64,000 bases of DNA from a virus. Both the position numbers and the translations under genes were made by a program. Within the stretch, counting starts at the first letter, position 1. Each line of letters begins with the position of its first letter. Below the pieces are notes generated by a model. That model saw only the letters and a list, made by a program, of their open reading frames with translations, made no database searches and was not told where the DNA came from. The stretch is taken from IMG/VR virus record IMGVR_UViG_3300042542_003631, positions 5,221 through 69,220 of that record; one strand, 5' to 3'. Below, in pieces: positions 8,755 through 18,604 of the stretch.

Positions 8755-11426
8755 AGAAGCCATACCCACAGCAGGCCGCGCACATTGAGGCGCTGGGCAA
8801 CATCCTACGTCGCCACCGCGCAGCCATCGACTCGTCCAAGACCGGGACGGGCAAGACACTCTGCGCCGCGGAGGTCGCCAAACGCCTCGGGCTCAGTGTG
8901 TTCGTGATCGCGCCCAAGTCCACGATCGTCAACTGGTCGCGTGTGCTCAAGGAGCAGGGGGCAGAGCTCGCCGGCGTGGTGAACTACGAGAAGCTGCGCA
9001 AAGGCACAACCCTCTTCGGGAAGTGGGTCAAGGGCTCCTTCACATTCACCCTGCCGCCGGGCACCATGATCGTGTTTGACGAGGTCCATGCGTGCAAGGG
9101 GCACTACACCCAGAACGCCAAGATGCTGATCGCGGCGAAGCCGTTCATCACCCTGATGCTCAGCGCCACGGCCTGCGAAAACCCGGTCGAAATGCGGGCC
9201 ATCGGCTACCTGCTCGGGCTGCACTGCCTCAAGGATTTCTACGGGTGGGCGCTGCGGTTCGGCGCCACCACGAACCCATGGGGCGCCCTGGAGTTCGTCA
9301 AGCGCGTGGGCAGCGACGGCCACCTCGACAGGCTCAGCCGGCTGATCTACCCGGAGCACGGGAGCATGCTGACCCGCGAGGATCTCGCCGAGTTTTTCCC
9401 TGACGGCCAGATCATCTACGACCCCATCTCATTCGGCAGCGCTGACGAGATCAAGAAGCTGCTCGATGAGTGTGCTGATGAACTGCAGTCAATCGTTGAC
9501 AAGGAGATCGAGGAGCGAGTCACCCTCAAGGGCAATCCGGCCGAAGCTGTGGTCAAGCTGACCCGTGCCCGGCAGAAGGTCGAGCTCCTCAAAATGCCTG
9601 AGATCCGCCAGATGGTGCATGAGCGCCTGGAGGAGGGCAAGTCGGTGGTGGTGTTCCTGAACTACAACCAGAGCGTGCGCTACCTGTGCGACCTGCTGGA
9701 AAGCGACGGGGTGACCGCTGGCAAGATCTGGGGTGAAGAACCCCGCACAGCCCGGCGGCAGGAGGTTATCGACGCCTTCCAGCAGGACGAGGTCCATGTG
9801 CTGATCTGCAACATTGCCGCAGGCGGAACCGGCGTGAACCTCCATCATACAGATACGGCAGCCCGCCCGCGTGAGGCTCTGATCTCCCCATGCTACAACG
9901 CAAAGATCATGGACCAGGTCTTCGGCCGCATTGACCGCGCAGGGGCCAGGTCCTCGCCAATCAACCGCGTGCTGGTCGCCGCCGGGTCGATCGAAGAAAA
10001 AGTGCTGGAAGCCGTGCAAATCAAGATTGACAACATGCAGCGGCTGCACAAGAAGTCGTTTATTACAACTATGCCAAGGACACCAACATACCCAGCGGCG
10101 ACCCCCGAGGCCGCCATTGAAGTCGAAGCAACCCCCGTGGTTGACACCCCCGCCGCAGAACCCGCAGCCCCGGCCCCCGCCGAAACTCCCAAGGTGAAGC
10201 GGACCCGCAAGGCCAAGGAAGCCGCCGCAGAACCAAAGCCCGAGGCAGCCCCGGTCCCTGCAGCCGCAGAACCCGCAGCCCCTTCCACCGGGGAGGACGC
10301 TATCAAGAAGAGCGGAGAGCGCGGACACGCCGCCTTCTCGCCCTCGCAGCTTGATTCACTGTCGATCTGTCCAGGGTATCAGGGTGGCAAGTCCAGCGCC
10401 ACGGCCATGAAGGCCGCCGAGCAGGGCACCCGCTGCCACGCCGCCTGCGAAACCGGTGACATGACCGGACTGGACGACGAGGAGAAGATGCTCGTCGAAA
10501 TGGCGATGGGCTACGAGGCCGAGGTCGCGGAAGGTGCGCTCGACATCAAGCGTGAGATCTGCGTCGAAGTCTTCGACCAGTGGGGCTTCCTCGACACCCT
10601 CATTATCAAGCCGGATGGCAAGGCTGACATCGTCGACTTCAAGTTCGGGATCATGCCGGTGCGCGACGCGGAGCGGAACATCCAGATGAAGGCCTACACC
10701 TTCGGGGTGATGAACATGTTCCCGAGCATCAACGAGATCACCGTCCACCTTGTGCAGCCGAAGCTCGATACCATCAGCTTCCACACATGGAACCGTGAGC
10801 GCGACCTCGACACCATCGGCGCTGAGATCAAGCTCGTCATCGAGCGTGCCAAGCTCGCGAGGACGGACTTCTTCTCGCCCGACGTCGAGAAGACCTTCTC
10901 CCCGCTGTGCGAAGCCTGCGACTTCTGTGGCAACCGTGCCCGCTGCCGCCCCCTGGCCCGCAAGACCATCAGCATCGTCAGCAAGTTTGACCCTGCCTTC
11001 GGGGTTCTCGACGATCCGATCATTCGTCCGGGCGAGACCCGTGACCCCAAGACCGCCTCCCTGCTGCTCCGTGCGGCCAAGATCGCCGCCAAATGGGCGG
11101 AGGACGTGCAGTCCTGGGCTCTGGAGATGGCCCTGACCGAGGGCATCGTGCCCGAAGACTTTCGTCTGGTGGAGGTCAACAAGCCCCGCCGGATCAACAG
11201 CCCGCTGCTCGCCTATGAGGCGCTCAAGGACAAGGTTGCCTGGGAGGACATGCTCGCATGCGCCACCGGTGTCAGCATCGGCAAGCTGGAAGAGATTTTC
11301 ACCGAATCCGCCCCCAAGGGCGAGAAGGCGAAATACAAGAACCTGCTCACGGATCGTCTCCTGACGGCAGGTGCCTTGGTGTCCGAAGGAGTCTACCACA
11401 AGCTGGACCCCATTCGGACGAAGTAA
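8751..11426 (+). CDS. SF2 helicase fused in frame to a Cas4/AddB-like PD-(D/E)XK nuclease
   Basis: TGTGKT, DEVH, LSAT, GRIDR; then FSPSQL..CP, GTRCH, GFLD, DFKFG, QMKAY, CDFC..RARC. Confidence 0.85.
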   Translation: MKKPYPQQAAHIEALGNILRRHRAAIDSSKTGTGKTLCAAEVAKRLGLSVFVIAPKSTIVNWSRVLKEQGAELAGVVNYEKLRKGTTLFGKWVKGSFTFTLPPGTMIVFDEVHACKGHYTQNAKMLIAAKPFITLMLSATACENPVEMRAIGYLLGLHCLKDFYGWALRFGATTNPWGALEFVKRVGSDGHLDRLSRLIYPEHGSMLTREDLAEFFPDGQIIYDPISFGSADEIKKLLDECADELQSIVDKEIEERVTLKGNPAEAVVKLTRARQKVELLKMPEIRQMVHERLEEGKSVVVFLNYNQSVRYLCDLLESDGVTAGKIWGEEPRTARRQEVIDAFQQDEVHVLICNIAAGGTGVNLHHTDTAARPREALISPCYNAKIMDQVFGRIDRAGARSSPINRVLVAAGSIEEKVLEAVQIKIDNMQRLHKKSFITTMPRTPTYPAATPEAAIEVEATPVVDTPAAEPAAPAPAETPKVKRTRKAKEAAAEPKPEAAPVPAAAEPAAPSTGEDAIKKSGERGHAAFSPSQLDSLSICPGYQGGKSSATAMKAAEQGTRCHAACETGDMTGLDDEEKMLVEMAMGYEAEVAEGALDIKREICVEVFDQWGFLDTLIIKPDGKADIVDFKFGIMPVRDAERNIQMKAYTFGVMNMFPSINEITVHLVQPKLDTISFHTWNRERDLDTIGAEIKLVIERAKLARTDFFSPDVEKTFSPLCEACDFCGNRARCRPLARKTISIVSKFDPAFGVLDDPIIRPGETRDPKTASLLLRAAKIAAKWAEDVQSWALEMALTEGIVPEDFRLVEVNKPRRINSPLLAYEALKDKVAWEDMLACATGVSIGKLEEIFTESAPKGEKAKYKNLLTDRLLTAGALVSEGVYHKLDPIRTK

Positions 11427-11467
11427 AGAGACCAACGAAACCACAAACCCAAAGAGACTACACTACT

Positions 11468-12259
11468 ATGGCTACCACCTCATTCAGCCGCCGCCCCGCA
11501 ACCTCCGAGCCCGCCCCCACCGAGCGCTACGACTCCCCCAAGGACGTCCCTGTCGCCGGCTCCGCCCCGGCTCGCGAGCTCCCCGCAACCGTCGCTCCCT
11601 CCACGCTCAGCACGAGCGTGGCTGCAGCCTCTGACGCGGATGTGCAGGGCGACGTCAACCTCTCCGATCTGCGCCTGCCGCGGCTCAACCTCGTGCAACG
11701 CACGGGGGACCTGCCCGACAAGTTCGGCTTCGGTGAGTTCGTGCTCAACAAGACGTGCCTCATCGCCCGTCCGCTTGAGTTCATCGCCCTGTCCATCAAG
11801 AAGCAGTTCCAGGAGAAGCGCCCCTACGGCGACACTGAGCGCGGCGCCGTCTATGACAGCGTCGAGGAAGTGCGCGCAGCCGGCGGCGTCATCGGGTTCG
11901 GCGACTACCAGTTCAGCGAACTGGCTCACATCTTCATGCTCATCAAAAAGCCTGCGGATCTGGACACCATGGAAGACGCCGAAGCGGTGCGCGACCTGTT
12001 CATGTATGAGATCGCCGGAGACCTCTGGGCTCCTGTGATCTACAGCGTGGGCCGCAGCGCCTACACCAGCCTCGGCAAGGCCCTCCTCACCGCCCGTCAG
12101 TTCAGCCTCCGCAAAGGCCTCTACACCGGCCGCTGGAGCATGACCTCGTCGGTCAACAAGGGGGCCAAGGGAACCTGGGTCACACCGGTCCCGACGTTCC
12201 GTGGCAAGCTCTCCGACGCTGACGCGGAGATCGCCAACGCCATCAGGCGCGGCGAGTAA
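11468..12259 (+). CDS. Putative ssDNA-binding/annealing protein
   Basis: ATG at 11468 after an A/C-rich leader; DLRLPRLNLVQ motif; sits between nuclease and polymerase. Confidence 0.5.
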   Translation: MATTSFSRRPATSEPAPTERYDSPKDVPVAGSAPARELPATVAPSTLSTSVAAASDADVQGDVNLSDLRLPRLNLVQRTGDLPDKFGFGEFVLNKTCLIARPLEFIALSIKKQFQEKRPYGDTERGAVYDSVEEVRAAGGVIGFGDYQFSELAHIFMLIKKPADLDTMEDAEAVRDLFMYEIAGDLWAPVIYSVGRSAYTSLGKALLTARQFSLRKGLYTGRWSMTSSVNKGAKGTWVTPVPTFRGKLSDADAEIANAIRRGE

Positions 12260-12271
12260 TCTCAGCACCCC

Positions 12272-12301
12272 GCCCTCCTCGTCAAGGTTGACGAGGAGGG
12301 C
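12272..12301. repeat. Perfect inverted repeat with 14-bp arms
   Basis: gccctcctcgtcaa-gg-ttgacgaggagggc; no U-tract follows. Confidence 0.85.
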
Positions 12302-12334
12302 ACCCAAACCACCACAACTACCCTACCCCCAGAC

Positions 12335-12751
12335 ATGTCCGACACCCCAGCAGATACCGGAAGCTCCCCCCAGCCGGAGCAGATGAGCACCCACTTCCAG
12401 ACCAGCATCCCACTCGGCGAAAACCACTTCGTCGGCGTGGCACTCGCCACAGGCCCGGACGGTGAACTCCAGTTTTTCCTCGACCAGCCCATCTCCGCAG
12501 GCCTCTTCGGCCCTGAGCAGATCATGCTCGTCTCGGCCCGCCTCAACAACCTCACCGCCTCCCTCAACAAGTATGTCACCGACCGCATCGCCGAAGCCAG
12601 GGCGACCCTCGAAAAAGAAACCCAGCCCGAGCTCCCCCTCGATCAGCAACCTGTCGGCGTTCCTCAGGAGCCTGCCTCCTGTGAAGCCAGCCCCTGTGAT
12701 TGTGGACGCCGCGATGATGAAGACGCTCCACACGCTGGCCAGCCGGAATAA
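12335..12751 (+). CDS. Hypothetical protein
   Basis: 138-aa ORF within the operon. Confidence 0.6.
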   Translation: MSDTPADTGSSPQPEQMSTHFQTSIPLGENHFVGVALATGPDGELQFFLDQPISAGLFGPEQIMLVSARLNNLTASLNKYVTDRIAEARATLEKETQPELPLDQQPVGVPQEPASCEASPCDCGRRDDEDAPHAGQPE

Positions 12752-12772
12752 GATCAGCATCGCCATCCGAGT

Positions 12773-13165
12773 ATGTCCCGAGAACCCATCGAAGGCCAAA
12801 CTGTGGAGGCTGGACTGACCGACCCGAAGGGTGAGGCGGGCAAGCTCAAATGCCCGCTTCACCTGCTCCCTCCGACCGCGATGTTACAGACAGCGTGGGT
12901 CCTGGCCCTCGGCGCCCGTAAATACGGCCCGTGGAACTGGAGGGGGAACAAGGTCGAGGCGATGACCTACGTCGGAGCGATCATGCGCCACCTGAGCGCG
13001 TGGACCTCCGGCGAGGATCTTGACCCGGAATCCGGCAAGTCCCACCTTGCCCACATTGCAGCAGGCTGCAGCATCCTCATGGATGCAACCCACGTCGGGA
13101 ACCTGATTGACAACCGTCCACATCAGCTGTTTCCGAAGACCCCCAATCCAAAGCTCCCTGTTTAA
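12773..13165 (+). CDS. DUF5664-like dATP/dGTP diphosphohydrolase domain protein
   Basis: GARKYGPWNWRG, RHL..W..GEDLDPESGKSHLAH. Confidence 0.8.
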   Translation: MSREPIEGQTVEAGLTDPKGEAGKLKCPLHLLPPTAMLQTAWVLALGARKYGPWNWRGNKVEAMTYVGAIMRHLSAWTSGEDLDPESGKSHLAHIAAGCSILMDATHVGNLIDNRPHQLFPKTPNPKLPV

Positions 13166-13219
13166 GGGTAGCAACCATGCAACGAACCCGGGCGGAAGGT
13201 GACTCCTTCCGCCCTCTAT

Positions 13220-15010
13220 ATGACAACAATGAAGACAGCGGCGATCGACTTTGAAACCTACTACGACGACACCTTCGGCATCACGATCCAGGGCACGAGG
13301 AACTACATCTTCGACCCTCGTTTCGACGCCTACATGGTGACGATCAAGACCGACACCGGCATCGAGTATGCTGGCCCACCCATGCTCTTCGACTGGTCCA
13401 AGATCAGCGGGGAGGGATGGCAGTGGATTCACCACAACGCGAGCTTTGACGAGCTCGTGCTGCAGCGCCTGCGCAAGGACTGCATCGTGCCGAAAAACGC
13501 ACATCCTGAGCTCACTCACTGCACCGCGGATCTCTGCGCCTACCTCGGCGGACCCCGCAACCTTGCCGGAGCCTCCAAGTTCTTCCTTCAGCAGGAGGTG
13601 TCGAAGGACACCCGAACCGCGATGAAGGGGCAGAAATGGGAGACCATGACACCGGCCTTCCGCGAGGAAGTCACCAAGTATGCCATGCGCGACGCGGAGC
13701 TCACCCTCGACCTGTGGATGAAGCTCAGCGACCAGTGGCCGGACCACGAGCGCCTGCTCTCCAGGCACACACGCAGCATCGCCTGGCACGGCATCCCGGT
13801 TGACGTGCCATCCCTTGACAAGGCCATCCCTGAACTGGAGCGCCGCAACTGGGAAGCAGGGACACGCATCCCGTGGTATCACGAGGGTGAGGAGAAGCCA
13901 CTCAGCCCCAGGGCGCTCGCCGAGCAGTGCCGCAAGGTCGGCATCGAACCGCCGCCTAGCCTCGCCAAGGACTCCGCGGACTGCGCCGCCTGGGAGGACA
14001 AGTATGGTGACACCTATCCATGGGTGGCCGCCATGCGCGAGTTCCGCCGCACCAACACCCTGTTGGAGCGACTCAAGGCCATGCGCGCCCGCGTTGTCGG
14101 GGGCGACATGAACTACGGCCTGCTCTACTTCGGAGCCTCCGTGACGGGTCGCTGGAGCGGCGCTGACGGCGTCAACGTCCAGAACCTCCCGAGCAAGCCC
14201 ATGTTCGGCGTCGATTTCCGCAGTCTGCTCAAGGCTCCCACGGGATACCGGTTCATCAACGCGGACCTCAGCCAGATCGAACCCCGCTGCCTCGCGTGGC
14301 TGGTGGGCAACGAGCCTCTGCTGCAGAAACTCCGGGAAGGCATGGCGATCTACGAGGCCCACGCCCGCACATCCATGGGCTGGACCGGTGGCAAGCTCAA
14401 GAACGAGGACCCTCACCTCTACGCCCTGGCCAAGGCCCGCGTGCTCTCGCTGGGCTACGGAGCCGGCGCGGAGAAGTTCGTGGTCATGGCCGCCAACTAC
14501 GGCATCAAGCTGACCCTCGAAGAGGCTGACAGCGTGGTGCAGGCGTTCCGGGCCAGCGAACCGCTGGTCTGCGGGCGCAACGGCCTGTGGAATCACCTGC
14601 AGGAAGGCATGACCCGGGCTGCATCCAAGCGGGAGGACTACCATGTCGAGCTCCCATCCGGTCGCCTGCTGCGCTACATGCGCCCGAGCCGCATGGGCGG
14701 GCTGACCGCCGAGACGGTCTCCGGCCGCGGGATCGTCCGCAAGAAGTGGTGGGGAGGGAGCCTGACGGAAAACCTCGTGCAGGCGACCGCCCGCGACGTG
14801 TTCGCCAGCTTCATCCCGGTCATCGAGTATGAGCTGGGCCTGCCGATCCTGTTCCACGTCCACGACGAACTGACCTGCCTCGTCCCCGAAGACAAGGCGG
14901 AAGACGCACTCCATGACCTGCTGCAGGTCATGCGCACCCCGCCGGACTTCATGCCGGGCCTCCCCCTCGACGCCGAGGGCAAGATCGTTGACACCTACCC
15001 CAACAAGTAA
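13220..15010 (+). CDS. polA: Family A DNA polymerase with 3'-5' exonuclease
   Basis: Exo DFETY, HNASFD, YAMRD; motif A DLSQIEPR; motif B KARVLSLGYG; motif C HVHDE. Confidence 0.95.
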   Translation: MTTMKTAAIDFETYYDDTFGITIQGTRNYIFDPRFDAYMVTIKTDTGIEYAGPPMLFDWSKISGEGWQWIHHNASFDELVLQRLRKDCIVPKNAHPELTHCTADLCAYLGGPRNLAGASKFFLQQEVSKDTRTAMKGQKWETMTPAFREEVTKYAMRDAELTLDLWMKLSDQWPDHERLLSRHTRSIAWHGIPVDVPSLDKAIPELERRNWEAGTRIPWYHEGEEKPLSPRALAEQCRKVGIEPPPSLAKDSADCAAWEDKYGDTYPWVAAMREFRRTNTLLERLKAMRARVVGGDMNYGLLYFGASVTGRWSGADGVNVQNLPSKPMFGVDFRSLLKAPTGYRFINADLSQIEPRCLAWLVGNEPLLQKLREGMAIYEAHARTSMGWTGGKLKNEDPHLYALAKARVLSLGYGAGAEKFVVMAANYGIKLTLEEADSVVQAFRASEPLVCGRNGLWNHLQEGMTRAASKREDYHVELPSGRLLRYMRPSRMGGLTAETVSGRGIVRKKWWGGSLTENLVQATARDVFASFIPVIEYELGLPILFHVHDELTCLVPEDKAEDALHDLLQVMRTPPDFMPGLPLDAEGKIVDTYPNK

Positions 15011-17191
15011 ATGAGCCGCTATTTTTCCCTCCCCAACCTCGCCGCAACCGACACCCGCCTGGAAGAACCGGCGGAGTGGCCACCGGAGCTCGAAGGTTCC
15101 CTCGACTTCCCCACGAAGGAAGACTTCCGCTCGTGGTGCGTCCAGCCGACCACCGACCACATCTTCTACACCCTGGTCGAAGGCGTGGCCCCGCGCATCC
15201 GCGTCAACATCCACGACAACCCGGCGCACGTCCTGCACGGGTTCGTGGCCGACTATGACGGCTCCGGCATCGACCTGCCCGACCTCATCGGCCGCTGCCG
15301 ATCCCTGCCGGAGCGCATCCGCCCTACCTGGGTCACCGAGACTTATTCGCACAAGGCCCGCGTGATCTGGGAGTTTGACGAACCGGTCCAGCTGACCGGG
15401 GACCGCAAGGCTGACGACAAGTTCATCCGTCTCCTGGGCAAGGAGCTCAGGGTCGAGAAGCTGGCCCCGGGCCTCGACGAGGCGAGCTATGACACCAAAA
15501 TGTATTGGGAGTTCGGCCGCGCATGGCACTCGGTCGGGGGCAAGGTTGACCGCGAAGTCACCTTCTCCAACTGGCTCAGCGTCATCGAAAAGGTCAAGTT
15601 CGAGGGCGCAGATCGCGGGGATTCTGTCATTCCTATTGAAGTGGTCGCCTCGGCGCTGGAAAAGCGCTATCCGAGCTTCCGGTCCCGCTGGGTGGGCGAC
15701 TTCACCCCCGGGGCACGCGGCCCTCTCTTCTGGATCGAGGACGGCATCGAGCGCAGCGGATGCGTGGTCACGGACATCGGCGTCAGGGCGTTCTCCACAC
15801 GCTCCGCCAAGGGCCTGATGACCTGGGCCGACCTGCTCGGCAGCGAGTTCGTCAAGGAGTTCCAGCAGCGCCGGCTCAGCGACGCCGCCGGGGAGGCCTA
15901 CTACGACACCGGGACGGGGACCTACTGCCTCCGCAGCGGTGATGAATGGCGCCGATACGGCAAGGAGGACCTCCTGATGCGCCTCAAGGTCTCCGGGATC
16001 AGCCACAGGCTCAAGCCGGGCAAGACCGCCACGGAGGCGGAGCAGGTCCTGACCATGATCCAGGAGACCCGCAGGGTTGACGGCCAGGGACCATTCCTCT
16101 TCAACGAGAACCCCGTGGTCACCTTCAACGGGTTCAAGATGCTGAACACCGCCTGCGTCAACGGCGTGATGCGTCCGGCCTCCGACGGAGATCCGAGCAA
16201 GTGGCCGTGGCTGCACGAGTTCTTCAACAACGTGTTCGACCCGGTGATCCAGGGCGGCCACCACCCCCGGGAGTTCTTCTTCGCCTGGCTGCAGCGCTTC
16301 TGGCGCAGCGGACTGAACTGCGAGCCGCGGCTGGGCCAGCTGGCCGTGCTGGCAGGCAAGCCGAGCCGGGGCAAGAGCTTCCTGGGCATCGCCGTGCTCC
16401 GCAAGATCATGGGCGGCGCCGTGGACGCGAGCAACTACCTGCTGGAGGGCAAGGGGTTCAACCGCGAGCTCGGGGCCAGCCCGATCTGGAACGTCGACGA
16501 CTCCAAGAGCACCGCCAACTTCAACGACCACAAGCGTTTCAGCGAGATGCTCAAGAAGCACGCCGCCAGCCCGGAGCTGGTGTTCCACCCGAAATACATG
16601 GACGCGGTCACGCTCCCCTGGTTCGGGCGCATCTTCATCACCTGCAACGACGACAGCGACTCGCTGAGCATACTGCCAACCCTTGACGGCTCCATCCTCG
16701 ACAAGCTGCACCTCTTCCGGTGCCACCCCACATGGAAGGCGGAGTTCGGGACGCTCAAGGAGAACGACGAAATGCTGAGCCGCGAGCTCCCGCACTTCCT
16801 CGCATGGCTGGACGCCTGGGAACCCCCGGCCGGGGTGATCGACACGAAGAACCCGCGCTACGGGGTGGTCAGCTACCACCACCCGGCGCTGGTCGAGAGC
16901 GCCCGTGACAGTTCACCTGACCACCGGTTTGTAGAAATTATGGAAGCCTGGAGGGTTTCGATGCTGGACATCCACGTCAAGGGCAAGCCCACGATCTGGT
17001 CAGGCTCCTGCACAGACCTCATCAGGGCCATCAACAGCGATCCGAGCCTCATGGCCCTCATGCGGAGCTACTCCCCGGTCGCCGTGGGGCGCATCCTCGC
17101 CAAGATCAGCGACTACTATAAGCCGCTGGTCCGTGTCAGCCGGGTGGGAGGCATCACCCGCTACACGATCGACTACTCTCTGACGACCTAG
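15011..17191 (+). CDS. Primase-helicase (primase-like N-terminus, SF3/DUF5906-like NTPase)
   Basis: ADYD acidic motif; Walker A GKPSRGKS; follows polA directly. Confidence 0.7.
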   Translation: MSRYFSLPNLAATDTRLEEPAEWPPELEGSLDFPTKEDFRSWCVQPTTDHIFYTLVEGVAPRIRVNIHDNPAHVLHGFVADYDGSGIDLPDLIGRCRSLPERIRPTWVTETYSHKARVIWEFDEPVQLTGDRKADDKFIRLLGKELRVEKLAPGLDEASYDTKMYWEFGRAWHSVGGKVDREVTFSNWLSVIEKVKFEGADRGDSVIPIEVVASALEKRYPSFRSRWVGDFTPGARGPLFWIEDGIERSGCVVTDIGVRAFSTRSAKGLMTWADLLGSEFVKEFQQRRLSDAAGEAYYDTGTGTYCLRSGDEWRRYGKEDLLMRLKVSGISHRLKPGKTATEAEQVLTMIQETRRVDGQGPFLFNENPVVTFNGFKMLNTACVNGVMRPASDGDPSKWPWLHEFFNNVFDPVIQGGHHPREFFFAWLQRFWRSGLNCEPRLGQLAVLAGKPSRGKSFLGIAVLRKIMGGAVDASNYLLEGKGFNRELGASPIWNVDDSKSTANFNDHKRFSEMLKKHAASPELVFHPKYMDAVTLPWFGRIFITCNDDSDSLSILPTLDGSILDKLHLFRCHPTWKAEFGTLKENDEMLSRELPHFLAWLDAWEPPAGVIDTKNPRYGVVSYHHPALVESARDSSPDHRFVEIMEAWRVSMLDIHVKGKPTIWSGSCTDLIRAINSDPSLMALMRSYSPVAVGRILAKISDYYKPLVRVSRVGGITRYTIDYSLTT

Positions 17192-17227
17192 TCAGCCGTC
17201 AGCCACCCAGGATCGCCGCCGCGTCCG

Positions 17228-17268
17228 CCCCATGGTCCTTGCAACGAGGGCCATGGGGTTTATCTTTT
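17228..17268 (+). terminator. Probable intrinsic terminator
   Basis: ccccatggtcct-tgcaacg-agggccatgggg followed by tttatctttt. Confidence 0.6.
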
Positions 17269-17273
17269 GGGAA

Positions 17274-17753
17274 ATGGCCCTTTCAACCTGCACAGTCTGC
17301 CACCGGGAGTTCGAGCGACCCCACAACAGCAACGCCAGGTGCGGCCGCTGCCGCGGAAAAAGCGACCGCGACCGCGCCCGAGAGTGTATTGAGGCAAAAG
17401 CCCGCCTGATGGCCACAAAGGCCCGCCTGAGGGCAAAGAACAGGGGCCAGGTTTTCACGGTCGACGCCCTCAGCATCGTCACCCAGTGGTATCGGCAGGC
17501 CGGGAGGTGCTATTTCAGCGGCCGGCCGATGACTCTGACCCCGGGACCGCGCTGCGTGAGCCTGGATCGCCTAGACAACCGGCGTGGATACACGGTCAAG
17601 AACATCGTCCTGGCTGCCATGAGGGTCAACGCCATGAAAAGCGACCTCACCGAGGCAGAATTCCGGGACTGGTGCGAGGCAGTGGCAGCAAACAGCCGGC
17701 CCGAGACCTCCGAAAAGGGTGGAGTCAAACCCCCTGAAGAGCTAGACCGCTGA
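17274..17753 (+). CDS. HNH-like endonuclease with N-terminal zinc finger
   Basis: CxxC...CxxC; CYFSG; SLDRLDNRRGY...NIVL...N.MK. Confidence 0.75.
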   Translation: MALSTCTVCHREFERPHNSNARCGRCRGKSDRDRARECIEAKARLMATKARLRAKNRGQVFTVDALSIVTQWYRQAGRCYFSGRPMTLTPGPRCVSLDRLDNRRGYTVKNIVLAAMRVNAMKSDLTEAEFRDWCEAVAANSRPETSEKGGVKPPEELDR

Positions 17754-17774
17754 TTACCAACGCCTTAGGCGAGA

Positions 17775-18055
17775 ATTAAGTGGGGAGAGTGGGGTGATAG
17801 TGGGGATAAAAAGTTGGTCTTTACCATCCCCAATCGCCCTAAACTGTTGAAACTCAGTCGTTTATGGCGATTTAGGTGGGGAAGTGGGGTGAATCGGGGT
17901 TCGGCATAAAAGTTCCCAGGAACACAAAAAACGCAAAATGGGGGGTGAGTGCCCGAAATCAAAAACTCCCGGAAATCACAGGTATCACCGGATTACCCTA
18001 TATATTATTACTTTATTATTATTAAAGTTACCTTATCCCCCACTACCCCCACTAA
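17775..18055. promoter_or_regulatory. Candidate replication origin (GTGGGG repeats around an AT-rich core)
   Basis: Repeated agtgggg units, inverted ccccact copies at 18033-18053, AT-rich tract 17999-18030; immediately downstream of replication genes. Confidence 0.45.
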
Positions 18056-18362
18056 GGCGCTGCAGCCTCGCAACGGCGGGGCTTCGATTGGTGGGTGGAC
18101 TTCCAAAAAGGCCTGTTTTTGACTCCCCCTCACCACCTACTCCCGAGGTGATTTGTGGCCTTTTGCACCCCTGCAACCCTGATCCCCAGCAGCAACCCAC
18201 TCAGGGGGTGTTCAGGTGAGCAGCCCATTTTCGACCCTGTTTTCGGGCATCCCCTCAAGCCTATTGAGACAGGCTCTCAACTCAACATACCCCCGACCCT
18301 GCCCGCCGGCGACCTCCAACCCTGCACCCCTGCAGCCCTCCGACCCTGGTTGCCTGGATCCG

Positions 18363-18410
18363 GGTGACCTGGTTGACCGGTTTGGGTGACCTGGTTGACC
18401 TGGTTGACCG
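18363..18410. repeat. Short tandem repeats of TGACC(T)GGT
   Basis: ggtgacctggttgaccggtttgggtgacctggttgacctggttgaccgg. Confidence 0.8.
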
Positions 18411-18604
18411 GCTGCAGGGTTGTGGGGTTGCGGTCTTCAGCGCCGGCGACCGCGCCCAAACCCCAGGCCATTGACCTCCGCCATTGCCTCCAGGGCTGAG
18501 TGTTCATTTGACCAGGACCTGAGATTTTGGCCAAAATTCTGCGACCCACTGACCGATAAGTTTCCCAGCCCACGCGGCCCCCAGCCCTCCTACCCGGGGT
18601 GGTG

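Noticed and set aside
10320-11000. Cas4 as evidence of CRISPR adaptation
   Set aside because: Solo Cas4-like nucleases are common in phage replication modules; no cas1/cas2 seen
12884-16882. 1332-aa antisense ORF (also 1127-4021, 22648-24570, 48102-50435)
   Set aside because: Shadow ORFs from GC-rich codon bias opposite clear genes
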